Part shown: piece by piece, positions 51,520 to 61,050 of the stretch | How the letters are laid out: the number at the start of each line of letters is the position of its first letter | How positions within the stretch are numbered: the stretch's first letter is position 1 | Assembly (NCBI GenBank): GCA_016840165.1 | Contig: JAEOSU010000032.1 | Coordinates: 32,001 to 96,000 of the forward strand | Direction of reading: 5' to 3' | From: Promethearchaeota archaeon | GTDB taxonomy: Archaea > Asgardarchaeota > Lokiarchaeia > Sigyniarchaeales > SOKP01 | Length of the DNA: 64,000 bases | The notes under the pieces: generated by a model | The model's database searches: none | The model's input: only the letters and a program-made list of their open reading frames with translations | Told to the model about the DNA's origin: nothing | Position numbers and translations under genes: made by a program

Positions 51520-52758
51520 ATGAAAGTAAATAGACGAAAGGAATTATTTGGAGATGTCAGTGACGATGATTGGAATAATTGGCGATGGCAATTTAAGTCC
51601 AGAATTACAACCTTAGAAGAGTTAAAAGAGTATATTCCATTGACTAAGGAAGAAGATGACCCTCGAATTCAGGAGAAAATGCGGATGGCTATTACTCCAT
51701 ACTATCTCTCATTAATTGACCCACACGATCCATGGGATCCTATCAGAAAACAAGCTATACCGACAATACACGAACTTGCCCGAGCATCAGAAGATCTTGA
51801 AGACCCTCTCCATGAAGATGTGGACTCTCCTACTCCTGGTTTAACACATAGGTATCCTGATCGTGTATTATTTCTCGTAACTGAAAATTGTTCAATGTAT
51901 TGTAGACATTGTACCAGAAGGAGATTCGCTGGTCATCATGATAAAGCACCGCCTCAGATACAAATCGATAAGTGCATTGACTATATTAAGGAGACTCCAG
52001 CTATTCGGGATGTGCTTTTATCTGGGGGAGATGCACTTCTCATATCTGATAACACTTTAGAAAGTATTTTAAAAGAGCTAATTGAAATTCCTCATGTGGA
52101 GATTATTAGGATAGGTTCAAGAACGCCAGTAGTCATGCCCCAAAGAATTACTCCCCAACTTTGTGAAATGCTGAAAAATTACCATCCGATTTGGTTTAAT
52201 ACCCATTTTAATCATCCTAATGAAATCACTTCAGATTCTAAACGTGCTTGTGAGATGTTAGCAGATGTTGGGATTCCTATGGGCAACCAATCAGTCCTAT
52301 TAAGGGGAGTAAATGATTGTATTCACGTTATGAAAAAACTGGTCCATGAATTAGTAAAAATCCGCGTTCGCCCTTATTATATATATCAATGTGACTTATC
52401 AATAGGCTTAGGTCATTTTCGGACAACTGTATCTCAAGGTATCGAAATTATCGAAGGCCTCCGTGGTCATACATCGGGATTATGCGTTCCTACCTTTGTT
52501 GTTGATGCCCCTGGAGGCGGGGGAAAAATTCCTGTAATGCCCGATTATACAATATCTCAAGGTCATAAACGAGTGGTATTAAGAAATTTTGAAGGGGTTA
52601 TTACAACTTACGAGGAACCTGAAGATTATGTGCCAGGATGCAGATGTGAGGAGCAAGAGAAACAAATTGGAGTTTCAGCGCTATTAAGTGGACAAAAAAT
52701 AACGATAGAACCTAGTGATTTAGAACGAAATTTAAGACGGCGACGATTAACCAAATAA
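51520..52758 (+). CDS. kamA: lysine 2,3-aminomutase (radical SAM)
   Basis: PGLTHRYPDRV, CSMYCRHCTRRR, LSGGD, DAPGGGGKIP. Confidence 0.95.
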   Translation: MKVNRRKELFGDVSDDDWNNWRWQFKSRITTLEELKEYIPLTKEEDDPRIQEKMRMAITPYYLSLIDPHDPWDPIRKQAIPTIHELARASEDLEDPLHEDVDSPTPGLTHRYPDRVLFLVTENCSMYCRHCTRRRFAGHHDKAPPQIQIDKCIDYIKETPAIRDVLLSGGDALLISDNTLESILKELIEIPHVEIIRIGSRTPVVMPQRITPQLCEMLKNYHPIWFNTHFNHPNEITSDSKRACEMLADVGIPMGNQSVLLRGVNDCIHVMKKLVHELVKIRVRPYYIYQCDLSIGLGHFRTTVSQGIEIIEGLRGHTSGLCVPTFVVDAPGGGGKIPVMPDYTISQGHKRVVLRNFEGVITTYEEPEDYVPGCRCEEQEKQIGVSALLSGQKITIEPSDLERNLRRRRLTK

Positions 52759-52776
52759 TATTAAAAATTTTATTTT

Positions 52777-53817
52777 TTGCCAAATATGGAGTTTATAGAA
52801 TTTATACAAAAGATATTATTGGACCATAAAATCATATCAATTATTGGTTTGGCTAAAAACGTAAGTAAAACAACGACATTAAATCATATTTTAAATCAAT
52901 TATCATCCACTCATCAATTAGGATTAACTTCAATAGGAAGAGATGGTGAGAGGTATGATATTATTTCAGAATTCCCTAAACCACGGATTAAAATAAAAAA
53001 GGGTACTTTTGTTGCCACAGCTGAGGAGAGTATAAAAAATAGTGAAATAGATGTAAAGGAAATATTAAATACGAACATCTCAACACCAATGGGAAAGGTA
53101 CTGATTTTAATGGCAATGAGCGAAGGCTTTATTGAATTAGCAGGTCCATCGAATAACTCTGGTCTTAAGAAAGTATGTAAACAATTGATAGATCTTAAAT
53201 GCGATTTGATTTTAATAGACGGTGCTTTTGATCGAAAATCTTTCGCATCTCCCTTAATATCCGATGCTACCATTCTAAGCACTGGTGCTTCAGTTTCAAA
53301 AGATTTTAACAAAGTTGTGGATGAAACTACTCATATAATTAAGTTATTATCCATTGAAATTGAGGAGGATCCAAGCGTACGTAGCCTCATCAATGAATTA
53401 TTAAGTCATGAGAAAGTAGGATTCATATTTGAAGATAAATCAACTAAGAGTCTGGATTTGGCAACAGCATTAACTTCAGGAAGTAAAATTGGAAAAATGC
53501 TAACCGATAACTTGCGATACGTAATCATTAATGGAGCTATTACGGATAGACTTCTGGAAGATATTATGAAATCAACAAAAAAGTATGTTGGTATTACTTT
53601 TATTGTTGAAAATGCCACAAAGCTGTTTATAAGTAAGAATATATTTAATAAATTTCTAAAGAAAGGTGGAAAAATTAAAACTTTGCATCCAATTAATATT
53701 ATTGCGATCACCATAAACCCCACCTCTCCATATGGATATAATTTCGATAAAAATGTTTTTTTTAAAACTTTACAAGATAAAATTAAGATCCCAATCTTTG
53801 ATCTCGGACCAAATTAA
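52777..53817 (+). CDS. kamB: lysine 5,6-aminomutase reactivase subunit KamB-like
   Basis: IIGLAKNVSKTT, TSIGRDGE, IDGAFDRKS, NPTSP; lies between kamA and kamD. Confidence 0.75.
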   Translation: MPNMEFIEFIQKILLDHKIISIIGLAKNVSKTTTLNHILNQLSSTHQLGLTSIGRDGERYDIISEFPKPRIKIKKGTFVATAEESIKNSEIDVKEILNTNISTPMGKVLILMAMSEGFIELAGPSNNSGLKKVCKQLIDLKCDLILIDGAFDRKSFASPLISDATILSTGASVSKDFNKVVDETTHIIKLLSIEIEEDPSVRSLINELLSHEKVGFIFEDKSTKSLDLATALTSGSKIGKMLTDNLRYVIINGAITDRLLEDIMKSTKKYVGITFIVENATKLFISKNIFNKFLKKGGKIKTLHPINIIAITINPTSPYGYNFDKNVFFKTLQDKIKIPIFDLGPN

Positions 53818-53842
53818 ATAATAAATAAAGGAATTAGGAATC

Positions 53843-55429
53843 ATGAAAAAAAATAGAGAGCTTAAAAATAAAAAGCTAAAACTTAACCAATCTTTAATAA
53901 GAGAAGCCAGAGAAATGGCAAAAAAAACAGCATTGGAAGTTCAAAATTTTATTGATCAGCATACTACCACCACCATCGAAAGAACAATATGTCGATTATT
54001 AGGAATCGATGGAGTGAATGAATTTGATATACCCCTCCCAAATGTAGTTGTAGATACACTATGGAAAGAGAACCATCTCGGTAAGGGTGTTGCTTTTTTT
54101 ATGGGGAATGCGATTCTTCACTGGGGTTTAAATCCTCAAGCGATCGCTGAAAAAATGATAGAAGACGACTTTGATTTCCATGAAATTCCAACTCACGATA
54201 TTTCTGCTATAAAAGATGCGATTAATCCAATTGTAGAAACTACACTAAATAGGATACTTCATAATAAGCAAGAAAGAGAAGATTTTTTGAAGAAATATGG
54301 AGATAAAACAGAGCCTTTAATCTATGTAATCGTAGCTACAGGTAATATTTATGAAGATATAATCCAAGCTCAAGCAGCAGCAAAGCAAGGAGCTGACGTT
54401 ATAGCCGTAATACGATCTACAGGGCAGAGTCTATTGGATTATGTCCCTTATGGTCCTACAACAGAGGGTTTTGGAGGAACTTTTGCTACTCAAGAAAATT
54501 TTAAACTAATGAGAAAGGCTTTAGATGAGGTAGGAGAGGAACTTGGAAGGTATATTAGGTTAACCAATTATTGTTCAGGGTTGTGCATGCCAGAGATTGC
54601 TGCGATGGGAGCATTTGAACGATTAGATATGATGTTAAATGATGCACTCTATGGAATTTTATTTCGAGATATAAATATGAAGAGAACTATGATAGATCAG
54701 TATTTCTCTCGTGTGATTAATGCATTTGCGGGAGTAATCATTAATACAGGAGAGGATAACTACCTAACTACCGATGACGCTTATGAAGCCGCCCACACAG
54801 TTCTCGCATCGCAGTTTATTAATGAGCAATTCGCATTATTAGCCGGGTTAAAGGAAGAACAGATGGGATTAGGCCATGCGTTTGAAATGAATCCCGATCT
54901 AAAAAATGGCTTTTTATATGAGTTAGCTCAAGCGCAAATGGCTCGTGAGATCTTCCCAAATGCGCCATTAAAGTACATGCCGCCTACTAAATATATGACT
55001 GGAAATATTTTCAGAGGCCACGTTCAAGATGCACTATTCAATATCATTACGATAATGACGGATCAAAGAATCCATCTCTTAGGAATGCTTACAGAGGCTA
55101 TCCATACACCGTTTATGAGCGATAGAGCTTTATCAATTGAAAATGCTAAATATATTTATAATAATCTAGCTGCCTTTGGAGAAGAAGTTTATTTTAAAGA
55201 GAATGGCATCATCCAAAATAGAGCAAATAAAGTATTAGAAAAGTCATTAGATTTACTTAAGGAAATCCAGCATCATGGCTTATTTAAAACTATTGAATTA
55301 GGAAAATTTGCAGGGATCAAAAGACCCATTGATGGCGGTAAAGGTTTAGAAGGGGTTTTAAAAAAGGAAAAGGAATATTTTAACCCCTTTCTGGAAGAAA
55401 TGTTAAAAAAACTGGGAGGTGATGCTTAA
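53843..55429 (+). CDS. kamD: D-lysine/beta-lysine 5,6-aminomutase alpha subunit
   Basis: YVIVATGNIYED, IRSTGQSLLDYVPYG, NYCSGLCMPE, KYMPPTK. Confidence 0.95.
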   Translation: MKKNRELKNKKLKLNQSLIREAREMAKKTALEVQNFIDQHTTTTIERTICRLLGIDGVNEFDIPLPNVVVDTLWKENHLGKGVAFFMGNAILHWGLNPQAIAEKMIEDDFDFHEIPTHDISAIKDAINPIVETTLNRILHNKQEREDFLKKYGDKTEPLIYVIVATGNIYEDIIQAQAAAKQGADVIAVIRSTGQSLLDYVPYGPTTEGFGGTFATQENFKLMRKALDEVGEELGRYIRLTNYCSGLCMPEIAAMGAFERLDMMLNDALYGILFRDINMKRTMIDQYFSRVINAFAGVIINTGEDNYLTTDDAYEAAHTVLASQFINEQFALLAGLKEEQMGLGHAFEMNPDLKNGFLYELAQAQMAREIFPNAPLKYMPPTKYMTGNIFRGHVQDALFNIITIMTDQRIHLLGMLTEAIHTPFMSDRALSIENAKYIYNNLAAFGEEVYFKENGIIQNRANKVLEKSLDLLKEIQHHGLFKTIELGKFAGIKRPIDGGKGLEGVLKKEKEYFNPFLEEMLKKLGGDA

Positions 55430-55430
55430 A

Positions 55431-56225
55431 GTGGGAGGTGGATTATACTCTACTGATTCAAAAAAATATGATAAAAACCTTGATTTAACTCAAATCATAC
55501 CATATGGCGACACGATGAATGATGGGAAGGTTCAGATTAGCTTTACGCTCCCCATCAAGAATGATGCAAAAGCAACTAAAGTAGCCATGTTATTTTCAAA
55601 AAAAATGGGCTTAAAAGATCCGTCAATAGTGCATCAAGAAGAATTATTCGAGAATTTTACTTTCTTCATCATTTATGGAAGTCTTATCCACACTATTGAT
55701 TATACAGCCATAAAGTCAGATCAAATTGAAACTGAAGAAATGTCTATGGATGAGATAAATGATTATATAAAAGAAAATCTAAAACGTAAAGTTATCGTTT
55801 TGGGAGCTACTACTGGGACCGATGCTCATACGGTCGGTATTGATGCGATTATGAATATGAAAGGATTTGCTGGGCATTATGGATTAGAACGTTATGAGAT
55901 GCTTGAGGTCTATAACTTGGGTTCTCAAGTATTAAATGAGGATTTCGTACAAAAAGCAATTGAATTAAAAGCAGATGTATTGCTTGTATCTCAGACTGTC
56001 ACTCAAAAAAAGATTCACGTTTTAAATTTAACAAATCTAGTTGAGTTATTAGAGGCAGAAGGAATAAGAGATGATGTGATTTTAATCTGTGGAGGTCCAC
56101 GAATAAGTAATGAACTTGCTAAAGAATTAGGATATGACGCTGGGTTCGGTCCTGGAACATTTGCTGAAAATGTAGCAAGTTTTTTCATAAAAGAATTAGT
56201 AAAAAGGAAAAAAAGAAATTATTAA
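55431..56225 (+). CDS. kamE: lysine 5,6-aminomutase beta subunit (B12-binding)
   Basis: PYGDTMNDGKVQ, GTDAHTVGIDAIMNMKG; GTG start at 55431 follows a GGAGGTG SD (ORF track uses 55419). Confidence 0.93.
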   Translation: MGGGLYSTDSKKYDKNLDLTQIIPYGDTMNDGKVQISFTLPIKNDAKATKVAMLFSKKMGLKDPSIVHQEELFENFTFFIIYGSLIHTIDYTAIKSDQIETEEMSMDEINDYIKENLKRKVIVLGATTGTDAHTVGIDAIMNMKGFAGHYGLERYEMLEVYNLGSQVLNEDFVQKAIELKADVLLVSQTVTQKKIHVLNLTNLVELLEAEGIRDDVILICGGPRISNELAKELGYDAGFGPGTFAENVASFFIKELVKRKKRNY

Positions 56226-56231
56226 AATATT

Positions 56232-57047
56232 TTACACTGGAATATCCCTTTTATTAAATATAATAATAGATACTATTACTAATCCAATCGAATATCCTAT
56301 TAAGATTATATTATTTATTAAAACATTATCCCATACTTGATTAACCATTAGATTGGATGTTTCGAAGTAATTAAAAATACTTAGATATTTAAGAAATTCT
56401 AAATTCTCTCCAAAACTTTGCCAATAGACTCCTATGATATAAAAAAATATTACCAGTCCAAGCGTTAATCCTAAAGATTTACGTGGGGTCAAAAATGTTG
56501 AGAAAAATAGTCCAGTACTTATTAAAGCAACCAGAAATACAAATAACCAGACAAAGGCAATAATGAGTTCATTAAAATATACGATATTTGGATCAACATT
56601 TGGAAATGCAAATATTCCTGCGATTACAGCAATTCCCGCCCAGAAAGTTAAAAATGCTGCTGATGTAACATGCCTTAGAAACTTTCCAATAACAAATTTC
56701 CATCTTTTAATTGGTTTTGATAACATTATATCAATGGTTTTATCGTCAATTTCCTTCGGAATATCTTGTGAAACTTTCATCATAAAATAAATTCCAAAGT
56801 AGAACCATGAAAGAGAGAAAAGATATACATTTATAAATCCTGTAAATATTGTTAAAGATATAGATTCGCCAATCATTCGTTGTATTGCTTCAGGATAACC
56901 CGCTACTAACTCTTCCAAATCTCCAAAGAGTTCTGGGTCAAACATAGTCGTAAACCATAAGAAAAACAAAGCCATTAAAATACTAAAGATCAAAAATCCT
57001 TTGAGATTTTGCCTTAAATCATTCCAAGTTATTCTTAGAAATTTCAT
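56232..57047 (-). CDS. ABC-2 type transporter permease
   Basis: EIDDKTIDIMLSKPIKR, C-terminal FNKRDI, 6 TM. Confidence 0.85.
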   Translation of the reverse strand: MKFLRITWNDLRQNLKGFLIFSILMALFFLWFTTMFDPELFGDLEELVAGYPEAIQRMIGESISLTIFTGFINVYLFSLSWFYFGIYFMMKVSQDIPKEIDDKTIDIMLSKPIKRWKFVIGKFLRHVTSAAFLTFWAGIAVIAGIFAFPNVDPNIVYFNELIIAFVWLFVFLVALISTGLFFSTFLTPRKSLGLTLGLVIFFYIIGVYWQSFGENLEFLKYLSIFNYFETSNLMVNQVWDNVLINNIILIGYSIGLVIVSIIIFNKRDIPV

Positions 57048-58000
57048 ATCAATCCCTCCTTTACATCAGTCTTTCCTTGATAATATTGGAGGAAAATATT
57101 CTCTAATGTAGAATGTCTGATAGAAAAATCTTTTATAGCTGTTCCATCCCACTCTTTTTCAAATATTTCATGTAATATTTCCCTTGATTCTCGAGGAGGA
57201 AGTAAGAATTCAATTTGAACATCAAAATTGTATTTCACTATAGCTTGAGGATATTCGCTTGATAAGAAAGAATAAAATGATTCCATACTTCTTGGGGATT
57301 CAAAAATCAGCTCAATATGTTTGAGATTTTTAGCTTTTAGATCTTGTACATTAGCAATTTCAACTATTTTTCCTTCTTTTATTATAGCAATGGTATCGCA
57401 GAATTTTTCAACTTCTGGTAAAACATGACTTGAAACAAAAACAGTTATATTTGACTCTTTCTGGCGTTCTGATACTATTCTATAGAATTCTGACTGCATT
57501 AATGGATCCAAACCAGATGTAGGCTCATCCATAATAAGAAGATCAAAATCTCCCATCAAAGCAGTCAAAACTCCCACTTTTTGTTTATTTCCTTTACTTA
57601 AAACTTTAGTTTTCCTTCCCATGTCTATTTGAAGGCGTTCTGAAACATCCTGAACAAAATCCCAATCGATCTCAATATCGTACAGTGTCGCAAAATACTT
57701 AATTAAACTTTCGGCAGTCATTTGTTTATATAAACCTAATTCACCGGGTAAATATCCTACTTTATTGCGATACTTTACATCCTTCTTAGGATTTATGTTC
57801 TCACCGAAAATAGAAATTTGACCTCCATCAAGATTAAGGAATCCAAGAATACAACGTATAGTAGTGGTCTTTCCTGCCCCATTCGGTCCTAAAAATCCAA
57901 ATCGTGCTCCTTTTTCTACATTAAACGAAATATCATCAACAGCCTTTACTTTTCCTTTATTATAATATTTTTTAAGATTTTCAACTTCAATAACATTCAT
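57044..58000 (-). CDS. ABC transporter ATP-binding protein
   Basis: GPNGAGKTT, LSKGNKQK, MDEPTSGLDP, SSH. Confidence 0.95.
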   Translation of the reverse strand: MNVIEVENLKKYYNKGKVKAVDDISFNVEKGARFGFLGPNGAGKTTTIRCILGFLNLDGGQISIFGENINPKKDVKYRNKVGYLPGELGLYKQMTAESLIKYFATLYDIEIDWDFVQDVSERLQIDMGRKTKVLSKGNKQKVGVLTALMGDFDLLIMDEPTSGLDPLMQSEFYRIVSERQKESNITVFVSSHVLPEVEKFCDTIAIIKEGKIVEIANVQDLKAKNLKHIELIFESPRSMESFYSFLSSEYPQAIVKYNFDVQIEFLLPPRESREILHEIFEKEWDGTAIKDFSIRHSTLENIFLQYYQGKTDVKEGLI

Positions 58001-58015
58001 AGTAAAAATTCCTTA

Positions 58016-58105
58016 TTTTCATAAATTTTAAAATTTAAAAAGATTCTATGAATTATATATTCAAGTATCTATTTAAATATTTTCACAATCTTTAAAATTT
58101 GAAAA
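58016..58105. promoter_or_regulatory. two copies of a 26-bp imperfect dyad (operator candidates)
   Basis: TTTTCATAAATTTTAAAATTTAAAAA (58016-58041) and TTTTCACAATCTTTAAAATTTGAAAA (58080-58105), 22/26 identical, between the divergent ABC and regulator genes. Confidence 0.45.
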
Positions 58106-58145
58106 TAAAATATAAATATATTAAAACTCTTAATACTTAATAGAG

Positions 58146-58691
58146 ATGCCTAAAGATGAGAAATTATCAAAAGAATATGTTTATCAAAAAAGAATTCGTG
58201 AAATTGAAAAAGAGATTATTGATTTCTTTGTTAAAATTGGAGAACAACGCTATTTAACTCCTAAGTTTTCAATAATTTTCGGATATTTAATTATTCATCG
58301 AGTTCTTTCTCAATCAGAATTAAGTGACCTAACAGGTTATTCAATAGCAACGGTTTCAAATACGCTACGATTAATGCTCAGCTTAAATTTAGCTAGTAAG
58401 CGTCTAAGGCCTAATTCACATGAATATGAGTATTATATCTTCGGGGAAAATACAAGCTTAACTCCACAATCGAGTAAATTTAAATTGGAATCCGTACAGC
58501 AGGGTTTAGATTTTTTTTCTAATAAAAAGCAGCAGCTTGAAAAGAGCAATCTAAAAGAAAGGAAAGGGTATAATTTATTACTCCAAAGAATAGAAGAATT
58601 ACTTAACTTCTTAATTGTTTGGAAATCAATGATTGAATTCCAGACAACATTATTTATTGAATTTATGAAAAAAAACCAGCTATCCATTTAA
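58146..58691 (+). CDS. GbsR/MarR-like wHTH transcriptional regulator
   Basis: LSQSELSDLTGYSIATVSNTL HTH. Confidence 0.75.
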   Translation: MPKDEKLSKEYVYQKRIREIEKEIIDFFVKIGEQRYLTPKFSIIFGYLIIHRVLSQSELSDLTGYSIATVSNTLRLMLSLNLASKRLRPNSHEYEYYIFGENTSLTPQSSKFKLESVQQGLDFFSNKKQQLEKSNLKERKGYNLLLQRIEELLNFLIVWKSMIEFQTTLFIEFMKKNQLSI

Positions 58692-58695
58692 TCCT

Positions 58696-59199
58696 ATGAG
58701 GAATATCAACCCTATAGATAAAGATGTAGCCAAATTTGAAAAGGAACTTATCGAATTCATGATAAGATCTCCGCTCTTTTTCGACCAAAATCAAATTTTT
58801 TCGATGATTAAATCATATTTTGTAACTCGTAAATACCTTGATCAAGCATCTCTTAGAAAAATTACCGGGCTTTCTGCTGGAAAAGTATCCCAGGAACTAC
58901 ATAATCTCATTGAAATGGGATTAATAGAAGAAAATAAAATAGAAAATTCTCGAAAGATTATCTACTCAATGAAATCAATACAAAAATCATTTCTTGCATC
59001 TGCAATTAATGCAGTAAAAGAGATTGCTGAATGGCAGTCTAATTTAAGAAAAATAAAAGAGGAGCTAGATAGAGATAAAGAAGAATTGCAAAAACTTAGA
59101 GGTTATTCTGACATTTATAAAATTGTCAACCTCTTTTCGATTTCTTTACCTTTGAATGAAAAAATGCTAGAAAAACTACAAGAATATTATAATAAATGA
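58696..59199 (+). CDS. GbsR/MarR-like wHTH transcriptional regulator (tandem paralog)
   Basis: LDQASLRKITGLSAGKVSQEL HTH; shares a C-terminal KGY/RGY motif with its neighbour. Confidence 0.75.
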   Translation: MRNINPIDKDVAKFEKELIEFMIRSPLFFDQNQIFSMIKSYFVTRKYLDQASLRKITGLSAGKVSQELHNLIEMGLIEENKIENSRKIIYSMKSIQKSFLASAINAVKEIAEWQSNLRKIKEELDRDKEELQKLRGYSDIYKIVNLFSISLPLNEKMLEKLQEYYNK

Positions 59200-59233
59200 A
59201 TTATCGATTCAAAACAATTTTCAAATATTTTAA

Positions 59234-59479
59234 TTATTTCTCCCACGATTTCATTATAACATGAGTATTGCTTTGTACTATTCCCTCTATTAAGTCAATC
59301 TGATTGGCAAAAATGTCAAATAATTCTTCTGAACTTTCAACTTCAATTTCTGCAAGCAGATCATAGTCTCCAGTTAGCGACATTATCTTTTTAATCTGTT
59401 GTATCTTTTTTAATTCTTCAATTACCTTATTAATAACACTTAATCCTAGCTTGCAAAACATAACAGCTTTGATTGTCAA
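59234..59479 (-). CDS. stand-alone Lrp/AsnC ligand-binding (RAM) domain protein
   Basis: SLTGDYDLLAEI, IEGIVQSNT. Confidence 0.85.
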   Translation of the reverse strand: MTIKAVMFCKLGLSVINKVIEELKKIQQIKKIMSLTGDYDLLAEIEVESSEELFDIFANQIDLIEGIVQSNTHVIMKSWEK

Positions 59480-59498
59480 TCTAAATCATCCCTTTTCT

Positions 59499-60815
59499 TT
59501 AAGTTATTTTTTCAATCTTATTGATAAAATAAATATCTACTTTTTTAATATCACTTATGCTTTTAAGTTTTTTATCTACAAGGTAGTAGAAATCTTTAAT
59601 CGAGCTAATTTTTATATTTATTAATAAATCATGATAACCAATTAAAGCATGTATAGCAACAATCCCATAATTTTTTAATATTTTAACGGGTAATAACCCC
59701 ATCGAACCTTTTCTTAAGGTAATTAATAAATAAGCATTTACCATATTTTTAACTTCATGGGCATAACGTAAAATTATGGAGATCACTATCAGAAAGATGA
59801 ATATTATCAGAAGCTCAAAAGGAAAGAATTCACTAACTAGAATTACTGACAAGATGATTGAACCCATCGGATCTATCAGATTTAAGATACTACTCCACTG
59901 GCTATAAGTTAGATTCAATGATTTCCAATTTACATTCGCAAGGTATATGAGTAAATAAGGAATGATGGTCGAGAAAATAATGAGATAAATGATTTCCCAT
60001 CGTTCAAGATATAAGAAGATATTTGTAAATTCATTAAAAAATAAGATAATTTCAAGCTTTAAATCACTAAAAATCGGTAAGAAATTTAAGACCATTAAAA
60101 AGGGTATCATTAGTAAAGTTCCAATAAGAAATGATAAAGACATTTTAATTAAGAATCGTGGAATTTTGTAATATTTATTTTCATTAATGCTGGTTAACTC
60201 CAATTTGGAATATGAATCCTTATTAATGCCTACATAAAGAAATGATATCGAAACACTAAATAAGATAAGATAAACAAATCCATTAAGAGAAATTGGTTCA
60301 CCATGAAGTTGAGCACTTTGATATGAGACAAATAAAATTATTAAAATTGCAAAAAACATCAAAGCAATATATAAGGCTTTAAAAACATCGAATTTTTCAA
60401 AATTTCGACCTGCTTCATATATAGCAATGATAATTACGCTTAATAAGAAACCAATCATCGTAAATGAAATTGACGTGACCTTTAATGTGAGAAAAAAGAA
60501 GACAAGATTGAGAATAACTCCGCAAAATCCAATTAAAATATAATAGTGATAATTTCGTATATTGTTGAATCTTCTATTCTTATGCCTAATATTTTCAAAC
60601 AGGAGTTTGATAGAAATTTTTGCATTATTGGTTAAATGATTATTTATTAGAGTAAACAAAATCGCAATAAATAATAGAAATGAGCCCGAGACAGTAAATC
60701 GAATAAAAATTATCATAAATACGGAAATCTCGGAGACCAAATCAGAAACTAAAACAGGAATAAAACTCCATAATAGATTTGCAACAACTATGTTGATTAC
60801 ATACTTGTTCTGCAT
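59499..60815 (-). CDS. EamA/DMT-like transporter with C-terminal Lrp/AsnC-like domain
   Basis: About 10 TM (LLWS, FIRF, STIIPY, LIDP) plus C-terminal ALIGYHDLLINI...ISDIKKV. Confidence 0.65.
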   Translation of the reverse strand: MQNKYVINIVVANLLWSFIPVLVSDLVSEISVFMIIFIRFTVSGSFLLFIAILFTLINNHLTNNAKISIKLLFENIRHKNRRFNNIRNYHYYILIGFCGVILNLVFFFLTLKVTSISFTMIGFLLSVIIIAIYEAGRNFEKFDVFKALYIALMFFAILIILFVSYQSAQLHGEPISLNGFVYLILFSVSISFLYVGINKDSYSKLELTSINENKYYKIPRFLIKMSLSFLIGTLLMIPFLMVLNFLPIFSDLKLEIILFFNEFTNIFLYLERWEIIYLIIFSTIIPYLLIYLANVNWKSLNLTYSQWSSILNLIDPMGSIILSVILVSEFFPFELLIIFIFLIVISIILRYAHEVKNMVNAYLLITLRKGSMGLLPVKILKNYGIVAIHALIGYHDLLINIKISSIKDFYYLVDKKLKSISDIKKVDIYFINKIEKIT

Positions 60816-61050
60816 TAGAATTTCACTTCTATTGATTCTTTAATTTTTTCCCATAAGCTTGGCGAGAGTATATGTAGAATTATTTGAATACTTTACGATC
60901 TTCATAATAATTTACTCTAGTTTGATTTATAAAACCATCTGTGCCCATTTCATTCCCAACATTAAAATTGATATTGATGGTCTAATGTTATAGATAAAAA
61001 TATAAATTATCGGCAATAATCTTACAAAAGAATTACAATAAGAAGATATT

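Noticed and set aside
60816-61050. Short open stretch on the minus strand in the DMT-rocD intergenic region
   Set aside because: About 30 codons with no convincing start or motif
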